A stretch of DNA of 64,000 bases from contig CAWHHI010000004.1 of assembly GCA_963829055.1 (NCBI GenBank), positions 608,001 through 672,000 of the forward strand. Reading direction: 5' to 3'. A program made the position numbers and the translations under genes. Source of the DNA: an uncultured Gemmatimonadaceae bacterium (lineage in GTDB: Bacteria; Gemmatimonadota; Gemmatimonadetes; Gemmatimonadales; Gemmatimonadaceae). A model generated the notes under the pieces. It was not told the origin of the DNA, did no database searches, and saw only the letters and a list, made by a program, of their open reading frames with translations. This document shows positions 48,134-58,626 of the stretch, one piece after another; the first letter of the stretch is position 1; each line of letters opens with the position of its first letter.

Positions 48134-48885
48134 GTGCGCGCGATCCTCACGTATCACTCGATCGACGAATCGGGATCCGTGATCTCGATCTCCGAGAGCG
48201 TATTTCGCGGTCACGTCACGTGGCTCGCGCGGAGCGCCGTGCGCGTCGTCTCGCTCGATACGCTCATGCGATATGCCGAGCGACGCGAACGCGGTTGCGC
48301 TGACGTTCGACGACGGGTTCGTCAACTTCGGCGACGTCGCCGCACCGCTGCTCGCCGATCACGGGATGCCGTCGACGCTGTTCGTCGTGTCGACGCCGCC
48401 GGAAAGACGAACCGGTGGCCAGGGCGCGCCGACCGCGGCGTTCCGGAGCTGCCGCTGCTCGAACTGGGACGCGCTCGGTCGTCTCGGCGCCCAGGGCGTC
48501 GAGATCGGTGCGCACACGCGCACGCACGTGAACGTCGCGCGCCTAACGAATGCGGCATCTCCGGACGAGATCGTTGGCGGCGCCGAGCGCATCAGGACGG
48601 AGCTCGGATATGACGCCGGCGGCGTTCGCGTATCCGTACGGCGCCGTGAGCAACGCGGCCGTCGGAATCGTCGCGTCACGATTCGCGTGGGGTTGTACGA
48701 CCGACATGCGGTGCGGTGTCGGCGAACGAGGCGCGCGCGCTCCTGCCGCGCATCGACATGTTCTATCTCCGCGAGCCCGGGCAACTCGAACGATGGGGAA
48801 CGGCCAGATTCCGGTATCATCTGAGGCTGCGCGCCGGCGCGCGACTCGTGCGGCGGCGTCTTCCTCGCTGACGGGGGACCGATGA
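48134..48885 (+). CDS. Polysaccharide deacetylase; frameshifted
   Basis: ILTYHSID, ALTFDDGF, EIGAHTRTH, FAYPYG. Confidence 0.85.
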
Positions 48886-49998
48886 ACACGACGACGCCGT
48901 TCATGTCGGTCATCGTGCCCGTCTACCAGGGCGCGCGCGTGCTGCCACGTTGCCTCAGCGCGCTGCGCGCGAGCGACATGCCGCGAGGGATCGTGGGAGC
49001 TCATCATCGTCGATGACGCGAGCACCGACGCGACCGCGCTCATTGCGGCCGAGTTCGCGGACGCCGTCGTGCGTCTCCCGGACCGGCCGCGCGGGCCCGC
49101 CTACGCGCGCAACCGCGGCGTCGAGGTGGCGCGCGGCGAGATCGTGGTGTTCGTCGACGCCGACGTGTGCGTCCACACCGACACGCTCCGGACGCTTCAC
49201 CTCCGTGTTCACGAACGAGCCGGATGTGAGCGCCGTGTTCGGCGCCTACGACACGCAGCCGGAAGCGCCGCAGCTCGTGTCGCAGTACCGCAACCTGCTC
49301 CACCACTTCGTCCACTCGCAGAGTGCCGGAGAGGCGGAGACGTTCTGGGGTGGGTGCGGCGCAATTCGTCGCGAGGTGTTCCTCGAGGCCGGCCGCTACG
49401 ACGAATGGTCCTACCCGCGTCCGCAGATCGAGGACGTCGAGCTCGGGCACCGCGTCCGCGCGCTCGGACACCGCATCCTGCTGCGGCCCGAAATCCAGTG
49501 CACGCACCTCAAACGCTGGACGCTGCGCGGCTGTCGTGACCGGCGACTTCCGCGATCGCGGCGTTCCCTGGACGCGCATGCTGATCCAGCAGGGGCTCGC
49601 GACGAAGTCGCGCACGCTCAACCTGCGCACGGTCGAGAAGCTGAACACGGTGCTCGTCTGGGTCGTCGATGCTGGCGCTGCTCGGCGCGGCGATCTGGCG
49701 CATCGTGGATGCCGGCGATCTGGGCCGGCGTCGCGTTCTGCGATCGTGATCGATTCTCAACCGCGCGCTCTACGGCTTCTTCATCCGCACGCGCGGCGTT
49801 CTGTTCGCGCTCGCGGTCGTGCCGCTGCACACGCTGTACTACCTCAACAACGGGTTCGCGGTGCTGTACGGGTGGGCGCTCCATCACCTGTTCGGAGAGC
49901 CGATGCCCGACGCGACGACGCAGGCGTATGCGGAGGTCGGCGTCGACATGTGGCCACCGGTGCCATCGAAGAAGCCCGAGCGGGAGACGCAGCGGTGA
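48882..49998 (+). CDS. Glycosyltransferase family 2; frameshifted
   Basis: SVIVPVY, IIVDDASTD, GPAYARN, VFVDADV, FWGGCGAIRR, IEDVELG. Confidence 0.88.
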
Positions 49999-51030
49999 GC
50001 GCCGCGATCGCATGGCGGTGCACGGCTCGTTAGGCGTCGCCTGCCCGCGGTGTCGGGGCGATCTCGCGCGCGGGCCGACGCGTTCGACTGTGAGCGCTGC
50101 GACGCGCACTTTCCCGTGGTGCTGGGCATTCGCCGATTTCCGTCTCGATCCCGATCCCGTGGATCGGCCTCGAGGACGATCGCGAGAAGGCCCGCCGCCT
50201 CGAGGAGCGGTTCGCGCGGTGCGTCGCTCGAGGCGATGGTGCGGACGTACTGGTCGATGACGCCTGGCACGCCGGCGGCGCAGGCCGTCGCGCTTCGTGC
50301 ATCACGTCATGCACGGCGTACGCGCGATCGCGCGAGTGGGTCGAGCGTCTCGAGCCGCCCGACGGTCGACCGTCGGGGCCGTGGCTCGATGTCGGCACGG
50401 GGACAGGCGACCTGGCGTCGTGCGGTCGCGGAGCACGGCATTCGTGCCGTCGGCGATCGACATCGCCATGCGATGGCTGGTCGTCGCGCGCCGCCGCGCG
50501 GAGCTCGCCGGCGTCACACGTCGATCTCATCTGCTGCAACGCCGAGCACTTGCCATTCGCCGATCGGCACGTTCGCGCGCGTCGTCTCGGTCGGAACGAT
50601 CGAGCATTGCGCGACGCCGAGCGGGCGCTCGGCGAAGTCGACGACGCGTGCTGGCGCGCGGCGGCGACGTCAGGCTTCGGACGGTGAATCGCTTCACCAT
50701 GCTGACCGAGCCGCACGTCGGGGTGTGGGGCGTCGGCTTCGTGCCGCGTCGGATGGCCGATCGGTACGTGCGCTGGCGCGGCGGTCAGGGCTACGCGCAC
50801 CACCGTCCACTGTCGTCGCGCGAGCTGCGACGCGGGCATGCGACGCGCGGGATTCAGCGCCGTGCGCGTCGAGCGCGGCGTCGCTGCTGCGCGACCGAGC
50901 GCGCACGGCTAGGCGGTGCTGCAGTGGGCGCGTCGGCGCGTACGAGCGGCGCGACGGCATTCCCGCTCGTCGAGCGCGCGCTTCGCGGCGTCGGCGCCGC
51001 TGCTCGAAGCGCAGTGGGGTCGCGGCATGA
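49995..51030 (+). CDS. Class I SAM-dependent methyltransferase with an N-terminal Cys-pair (Trm112-like) segment; frameshifted
   Basis: CPRC..CERC..FPVVLGI, WLDVGTGTG, ID...RWLVVA, CCNAEHLPF, EPHVGVWG. Confidence 0.7.
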
Positions 51031-51808
51031 CTGCGCCACGCATCTTCACGCCGGAGTACTACGCGCGCATGCGCGAGCTCGAGGCTGGCAGCTGGTGGAA
51101 CGCCGCGATGCGCGACATCGCGGCAATGCTGCTCAACGACGTTCAGCTGCCTGCAGCGGCACGATACTCGACGTCGGATGCGGGTCGGGCCAGACGCTCG
51201 CGTGGTTCAGTCAGCGGTTCGGCGCATGGCGGACACTCGGCTGCGACATCTCGCCGGACGCGGTGACGGCCGCCGCGACGGCTCGGGGTTCGAGATCACG
51301 CGGGCATCGGCGCTCGCGCTCCCGTATCCGTCCGGCACCGCGGACGTCGTCATCTCGCTCGACGTGCTGCAGCACGTCCCACTTGGCGGCGGGGACGTGA
51401 CCGCGCTTCGCGAGATGCGCCGCGTCCTCAAGCCAGGTGGGTGGCTGTTCGTTCGGACGAACGCACAGAGCTTTCCGGCGACCGCGGACGATCACGAGTA
51501 CCAGTTCCATCGCTACGAGCCGCGCGAGCTACAGCGACAAGCTGGCGGCAGTCGGCTTCGAGGTGCGTCGTCTGAGTCGCGTGAACGCTCTGCTCGGGTC
51601 TGGCGGAGATTCCGCGTGAGCTGCGCGCGCGGCGCGTGCAGGCGGCGGACTATCATGGCATTCTCGCGACGAGCAACGGTCATGCGTCGTGGACGTCTGC
51701 GGCGAAGCGGGCGTGGGTTCGTCTCGAGGGGCGGCGGTTCGGCGCGGCGTTAGGCTTCCGGCCGGCCGCACCATTGTCGCCTTGTGCCAGGCGCCCGACA
51801 GTCGATGA
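51027..51808 (+). CDS. Class I SAM-dependent methyltransferase; frameshifted
   Basis: ILDVGCGSG, LPYP..TAD...LDVLQH, EMRRVLKPGG, HRY. Confidence 0.82.
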
Positions 51809-53101
51809 ATCGCACTTGCCCACGTGCGACCGGACGGAGATCCGAGCAGCGTGACCGCCATCGCGAGGTCTCGCGACAACGACGGCCCGGCTGCTGTCGC
51901 GCACCCGTTGGCGCGACGCCTCGCGGTCGTCGGGCCTGAAGAGGAGCTGTTGCTGCTCACCGCCGGCGGCGTCGCCAATGACGATGCCATTCGCGTCGCG
52001 CGGTGGCGACATCAACTGGGCGCGGTTCCTCGGACTCGCACAGCTCGAGCGTGCGGTGCCGGTGATTTTCCCTCGTCTGCCGACCCTGGTTGGTGACGCC
52101 CTCCCGACGACCGTGCTCGATCAGATGCGCCGAGCTCGCGCTCGTCTCGGATTTCGCGATGCTGCACCTCGAGACGCGGCTGCGTGAGTCGTTGAGCGTG
52201 CTGCACGGCGCCGGCGTCCGCGTGATGCTGCTCAAAGGTGCCGCGCTGGCGCACACAGTGTATTCCGGCGTTCGACAGCGGCCGATGTCCGACCTCGACC
52301 TGCTGGTCGATGCCAGCAATGCGCGCCTCGCTCGCCGCGTGATGCTGTCCGCGGGATGGCGCGAGATCGTCGGTGGCATACCAGACAGCGTGTACGATCG
52401 CCATCACCACCTGCCTCCGCTTCACGACACGAGGTCGCCGGACCTGCAGCTCGAGATTCACACGGCGCTGTTTCCGGAGCGGCAGCCGTTCGCGTTCGAC
52501 GCCCGCGACCTCTGGGCCTCTGCTCACCCGTTAGGCAAGGGATTCCCCGAGGCATACACGCCGGATGCGATTCACTCGCTTCTCCACGCCAACCTCCACT
52601 TCCTGTGGTCGCACCAGGGACGGTTCGGCGTCTGGCGAACCATGCGCGACGTCGATGCGCTTACTCGCAGGCGACGCCATCGACTGGGACGCATTCGTCA
52701 GAACCGCGAAAGCCAGTCGTGGCGCGACGGCGTGTTACTGGACGTTTCGAATCGCGACACTGACTGCCGGTATTGCAATTCCCGACGTCGGTGATGGCGG
52801 CTCTCCGGCCCCCGCGAAGTCGCTACGTCCTTCAGGCGATCGAGCGACACTTCCTGAAGAACCTCTTCCCGGTCGAATTCGCGTGTCCTTCCGTCGCTCT
52901 GGATCACGCGCTGTGGGAGCTGGCGGTGATGCCCGGTTGGAGCGGACACGGCGAGGTCCGACCGTGGGACGAGGAACCCGACTTCGTGGTGCCGGGCGAG
53001 GCAGTCGGAAGCCGTCGCGCATTCTTCCGAAGAGGGAGCGAGTGCGTCGGCTGCTCGCCTCTCCTGGATACATCCGCACGCTGCTGCGCTCTCGTAGCTG
53101 A
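51805..53101 (+). CDS. Nucleotidyltransferase (NTP_transf_5-like family seen in some lasso clusters); frameshifted
   Basis: VMLLKGAAL...Y....RPMSDLDLLV, LEIH, D.IH.LLH..LH; start overlaps the upstream methyltransferase stop (ATGA). Confidence 0.82.
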
Positions 53102-53296
53102 TTTCCGGGATCGAGAGTTCGTCGCACTCTGGCTCTCGCGGCACAACGCCACAACTATGGCGTATCGTCAACGGTTGTGTCGCGAGTGCGCAACTCTCCC
53201 GGAGAGACGTCGTGGCTGCTAGCGTAACTGCTGACGCGAAGTCTTCCCACGCGACGAGTTAGGCCTCTGCGCGACCGTCGACCGCAATGCCAGTCT

Positions 53297-53314
53297 GCGG
53301 CACGCACGCTGCTA
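53297..53314 (+). promoter_or_regulatory. Candidate sigma-54 (-24/-12) promoter
   Basis: CGGCACGCACGCTGCTA = GG-N10-GC with GGCACG, about 200 bp upstream of the cyclase-like gene. Confidence 0.35.
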
Positions 53315-53515
53315 TTACCGAGCCCGCGATGGGGCAGTCGCAACTCGCGTACTGAAGCTCCCCAATAGTCATAGTCGAGGCGGCCCGTCGGTCTGGTTCG
53401 TTCAGCACGCTCGTTCGGATCTGACGGTCAGCCGGCGCTGCTCACCAGCAGCGCTCCGTCTTTGTCTGCGCGACGCGGTGGCAAGGTGCACGCGTGATTC
53501 TAGCGTCGAGCGTCA

Positions 53516-55458
53516 ATGAGTGGATTTGTCGCGATCGTTGATCCGAGCAAGCGGCTCCTCGCGGAGGCGAGCGTCGCGCGCATGCTCGGCGCGCTGGCGC
53601 CGCGCGGTGATCGCTCAGAGGTCAAGCGCGACGGCGAGTGCGTGCTTGCTGTCACTCGATTCGAGTGGGAGCTCGCCGATGGGTTTTCCGGACCGACTCT
53701 TCTCGTCACCGACGGCGACCTGAGCGTGGTCGCGGACGCGAGCGTCTACTACCGCGATGACCTCCTGCGATCACTCCACGGGGCGGGCGTGCGCCCAGCC
53801 GGTTCATCGGTCGCCCACCTCATCGCCGCGGCCTATCGTGCGTGGGGCAGTGATTGCACGAAGTATCTCGAAGGTGATTACTCGTTCGTTATCTACGACC
53901 ACAAGCAGCGTCGAACGTTCGCGGCGCGCGACTTCCTGGGTCGTCGACCGCTCTACTTCGTCGAGATCGGCGACGCGCTGTTGGTGTCGTCGTCCGTGAG
54001 CGCGATCGTGGCGCACCCGGCCTGTTCGACGGAGCTCGACGACGTTGCGCTCGCCGAGTTCGTTTGTGTGAGTCTCGCCGGGGCCTCGACGCACACCATA
54101 TCGCGCGGTGAGCGCGGTCCCGCCGGCCACGTGGCTCGATCCGCGACGCGCTGGGGCACGCCCGGACGCACCAGTATTGGCGTCTCGACCTTAGCGACAG
54201 TGCAGACGCCGAGTCGTTCGATGCGGCGAGTGAAGAGCTCGGCGACCTGTTGGGTAACGCGATCGTCGAACGACGTGCGCTGGCCGGCCCCACGACGATC
54301 TGGCTGAGCGGCGGGTATGACTCGCCGGTGATGTTCGGCGTCGGCAATGCAGCACTCGACCGTCTTGGTCTCGGTCGACTTGGCCCCGGTGTCGTTCAGC
54401 TACCCTGTCGGCGATGCGGGGCGAGAGGACGAGCTGATCGAGGAGATCACGAATTTCTGGGCAACACAGCCGACGTGGCTGTCGATCGATGACGTTCCGC
54501 TGCTCGCCGAACGCAGCGCGAGACGCTGCCCGTGCCGACGTTCCGTTCCAGCACGCCTTCGAGAACTGGCTTCGTGCGTTGTTAGGCGCCACCGCACGCG
54601 CGGGCTCGCGCGTCGCGCTCTATGGCGACGGTGGCGACCAGCTGTTCGCGGTGTCGACGGTGTTTCTCCGCGATCTGTTCGGTTCGCTGAAATGGCGCGA
54701 GTTGCGGCGTGAGTGGCGGGCGTTCGGCGGCGGCGGGGCGCGGGCGCTGTGGAACTATGTGGCTCGACCGGTTGTTGCCGAGCGAGTGCGGGCGGTGCGA
54801 GGGAAGAGCGGGCCACAAACGTCGTTTCCGGATTGGGTCAGCCGTGAGTTCGTGGCGACGACATTCGTTGGAGCGGCTGGAGGCCGAAGCGGAAGCGGCG
54901 CTCGAAATGACGAAGGAGGACAGGCGGCCACCGAGACGCGCCGGTCGCTTGGCAACCCAATGGTCACGCGCGTGTCGCGGCTTTCTCGGGTCTCGGCACT
55001 GGAGCACGGAGTGGAGCTCCGGGCGCCCTTGTTCGATCGGCGCATCGTGCGAGTTCGCGCTGCGGCGTCCTCGTCGGGAACGCGCATCAGCGGGCGCTGT
55101 CAAACACTTGCTTCGACGCTGCGCGCGCGACGTCTTGCCGCCAAGTGTGCTGGCGCCCGCGTAAGGCAAAGACCGGAGTGCTCACGGACTATTTCGCGCG
55201 ATCTTTTCGCGCTGATCCGAACGGGCTAGTGAGTGACGTTCTGACGCGATCCATTCTTGCGCAGCGCGGCATTGTTGATGGTGCGGCAATGCAACAGGCG
55301 TGGCATGAATACAAGACTCGCGGGGCCGGCGCGGGTGGATATTTGTTCTTGCTTTTCAGATTGAACTTTGGCTTCGTGCCCGTGTTCCTAACGCGGTAGT
55401 TACACCCGTAAATGCAGATCAATGGCTCAGAGTGCCAGCGGCAGGGTTCGTGCAGTAA
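53516..55458 (+). CDS. Asparagine-synthetase-like ATP-dependent lasso cyclase candidate (C protein); frameshifted
   Basis: Starts MSGFVAI (no catalytic Cys2); ARDFLGRRPLY, PP-loop WLSGGYDS, YGDGGDQLF, LRAPLFDRR, KHLLR, R..K, ELWLR; immediately upstream of a lasso-type precursor. Confidence 0.75.
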
Positions 55459-55569
55459 CCACTGTCGGTGTGGTTCACCACGTCCGGCAGGCCGCGGGCT
55501 TGCACCTACGGCCACACCGGTCGTAATTTGCCGGGAATTCCCGGAAAAACACCTCTCTTGGGAGGGTTC

Positions 55570-55689
55570 ATGTACCAGGCACCCAAACTCGAGCGTTTGG
55601 GCTCGTTCCGCGAGATCACTCTCGGCGGTGGCGAATTCAATCCCGGCGACGGAACGAACGCGTTTCATCGCTACTCGCCGAACGGCTAA
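55570..55689 (+). CDS. Lasso peptide precursor (A), 39 aa: MYQAPKLERLGSFREITL|GGGEFNPGDGTNAFHRYSPNG
   Basis: RBS GGAGGG at 55561; leader motif YxxPxLxxxGxxxxxT with Thr(-2); core Gly1 with Asp9; aromatic/bulky residues F14, H15, R16, Y17 in the tail. Confidence 0.88.
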   Translation: MYQAPKLERLGSFREITLGGGEFNPGDGTNAFHRYSPNG

Positions 55690-55697
55690 CGCTCTAG

Positions 55698-55737
55698 CGG
55701 CGGGGGAGGCTGAAAGCCTCCCCCGCCGGCCTTTTTT
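55698..55737 (+). terminator. Rho-independent terminator after the precursor gene
   Basis: CGGCGGGGGAGGCT-GAA-AGCCTCCCCCGCCG 14-bp stem followed by GCC-TTTTTT. Confidence 0.85.
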
Positions 55738-55787
55738 CCCACCTCGTCGCGCCCTAACAATTTCTGCGTTGCCCAGGCGTCTCTCCC

Positions 55788-56753
55788 TTGCGAGACCACG
55801 CCATATTCGGCGGCTGTCTCCGATCGGAGATTCCGCTCCCCGAACTCCCGCCCATTGACGCCGCCGAGCCTGACTGGTTCTTCCATCGCGCGTCGACGCT
55901 CGTCCCGGCGTTGCAGTACCTCGGTGACGACCCGTCGACGCCACCCTGCGGGTTCGGTGCAGCACAATCGCGTGACGGCTTTCGGTTCGATTTCGACGAC
56001 ACCGGAATCTTCGACATCACCAGCGGCGGCCGCGACATCGCCTGGACTGCCCGGCAGGCATCCGCCCTCGAGCTAGTGCGCGCCGATCTCGTTAGGCGGC
56101 GTGTTCTCGGTGGCGCTTCATCTGCAGGGCCTTCTCTGTCTGCACGGCAGCGCCGTCGCGGTCGCCGACTACGGCTGTCGGGTTCCTCGCCAACAAAGGG
56201 GCGGGCAAGTCGACGCTCGCGACCGCCCTCTGCGCTGCAGGCGGAACGCTGATCACCGACGACATGCTTCCAGTCGACCCGAAGGCGCCTGTGATGGCGT
56301 GGCCATCAATGCCCGCCGTGCGTCTTCTTCACGACTCGGCGTCGCACCTTCGTTACGCCAGCGGGTCGACGCATCCGGTGACGAACAAATACCACGTGAA
56401 CGAGCTTCCGTCGCACCAGGTCGAACGGCGTCGTCTTCGCGTTGGCGCCATCTACGAGCTCGCGCCGGTGCCTGCGGGTGCTGGGGTGCCGCCCGTGGAA
56501 CGTATTCGGGTGACGGGCACTGCGGCCGTTGGCACGCTGCTGCGTCATCATCGCGCGGGAACGCCATCGGCAAGGCGGAGACGATGAACCTGTTCCTGCG
56601 CGCCAGCGACATCGTTCGCGCGGTGCCCGTGTACCGTCTCCAGGTCGCGCGGGATTTCGATCGCTTGCCCGACGTCGTGGATCAGATCCGGCAGTGGCAT
56701 TCCGCAGCGCATCTCTGTCGACGCCGCTGGATCGCACACGACGGTCACCGTGA
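55788..56753 (+). CDS. HPr-kinase-like P-loop kinase (lasso tailoring-kinase type); frameshifted
   Basis: HAIFGGCLRSEIPLPEL N-terminus, LCLHGSAV, Walker A NKGAGKST, LITDD, VPVYRL...RDF..L. Confidence 0.78.
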
Positions 56754-57809
56754 CCGCGACTGCCAGTACCGTCGCCTTCGCTGCCTCCGCCTCGACCAGC
56801 ACCAATGCCGTCGTACTCGGGGGCTGACGAAGTCGTTCACGAAGCAACGCGGCTGGCGCGCCGTGGTCAGCCGGCAAAGCGCGCGAGTCGGTGCGGGCGC
56901 TGTCGGACGTCTCCGTGCGAGATACGCGTCGGGCGAGTTCTTCGGACTGCTCGGAGAGAACGGCGCCGGGAAGACGACGCTGTTCAAGATGCTCGCGACG
57001 CTGGTCACTCCCGACGCCGGTACTGCCATCGGTCAGCGGCTTCGACATGCTCAAGTCGCCGAATCGCGTGCGTGAGGTCGCTTGCCCCAGTCATCGCCGA
57101 CGAGCGCAGTCTGCACTGGCGCCTCTCCGCGCGGGAGAACATGCGCCTCTTCGCCTCGCTGCACGACCTCCGCGGCGCGGAGGCGACCCGCCGGATCGAC
57201 GAGCTGCTGAGCCTCGTCAATCTCGTCGAGGCCGCGGATCGCCTGGTGAGTGGCTTTTCGTCCGGAATGAAGCAGCGACTGCTGGTCGCCAGAACGTTGT
57301 TCGCGCGCCCGAGCGTCCTGTTGCTCGATGAGCCCACTCGAAGTCTGGATCCGATCTCGGCCCGTTCGTTTCGACGGTTCCTCCGCGAGGACGTTGCGCT
57401 GGCGCAGGGCTGCACGGTGCTGCTCGCGACGCATAACGCGGAAGAGGCATTCGAGCTCTGCGATCGTGTCGGGGTTCTGCATCGCGGCAATCTCGTCGCC
57501 GTCGGACAGACCTCGGAGCTCGCCCGCGAGGTCGGCGAGGACCGGTTCGCGCTCTGGATTCGCCCGGCTGATCAATCCGCGATCGATGCGCTCGTGGCCC
57601 GCGGCGTGATCAGGGACGCGAAAGCGTTCGGCGAGGCCGAGGAAGGGTGGTCGCGCATCGAGTGCGATTTGCGCGGTGGACTGGACGGTGCCGCCGAGGC
57701 GATCGCGTTTCTCGCAAGGCGGGAGTGAGCGTCGCGACGGTGTGAGCCCGTGAAGCTGTCCCTCGCGGATCTTCTCGAGCGCGTGCTGGCGCGCCACGTC
57801 AATGCATAA
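56750..57809 (+). CDS. ABC transporter ATP-binding protein (ABC-2 exporter type); frameshifted
   Basis: GENGAGKTT, FSSGMKQRL, LLLDEPT, LATH. Confidence 0.9.
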
Positions 57810-58610
57810 AGTCTGGGCGCTCATTCGCTCGAACTGGCTCGCCGCGACCAGCTACAAGCTGGGCTTCGTCTTCTCGTTCGGGTCGCTCGATTCTGAGCGT
57901 GTGCCGATCTTCTTCATCACGCGGCGCGCTCCAGACGACCATGGCGGACGTGATCCGCGGACAGGGCGATCAGTACTTCGCGTTCCTGGTCGTCGGCCTG
58001 ATCGCGTTCAACGTCGTTTCGTCGACGGTCTACGCGTTGCCCGGCGGACTGCAGACCGCGACATCGACCGGGACGCTCGAGGCGCTGCTCGCCACGCCGA
58101 CGTCGGTCACGGCGTTGCTCCCGGTCTGTCCGGCTACGAGGTGCTGCTCTCGGTGCTGCGCGAGCTGCGTCATGCTCGTCGCCGCCGGCTGTCTCGGAGC
58201 GCGTGTCGCGTGGCTGCAACTCGGCGCGAGCTTGCCGATCGTCGCGCTCATCGTGCTCGCGCACCTGCCGATCGCCATCATCACCGCCGGCGATGGTGCT
58301 CGCGTTCCGGACCCGCGGGCCACTGCCGCAGCTCGTGCTGCTGGCGTCGACGTTTCTCGGAGGCGTGTACTACCCGACGACGGTGACGGATTCCGGGCCG
58401 GATCAAGGTCGATTTCCGCGTTCCTCCCGCTGACGTACGGCCTCACGGCGCTGCGCGCGGTGCTGCTGGAAGGGAGACTCGATCGCCACCGTCTGGCGCG
58501 AGCTCTCGATTCTGCTCGCGTTCACGGTGGTCGCGCTCGTCGCCAGCGCCATCGGCGTTCCGGGCCGCGCTCCGCTACGCGCGCAGGTCGGGAACCTGGC
58601 GCAGTACTGA
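57802..58610 (+). CDS. ABC-2 type permease; frameshifted
   Basis: YFAFLVVG, GTLEALLATP, FLGGVYYP, LPLTYGL..LR, GNLAQY end. Confidence 0.85.
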
Positions 58611-58626
58611 GCCGGTGCCGGCCGGC

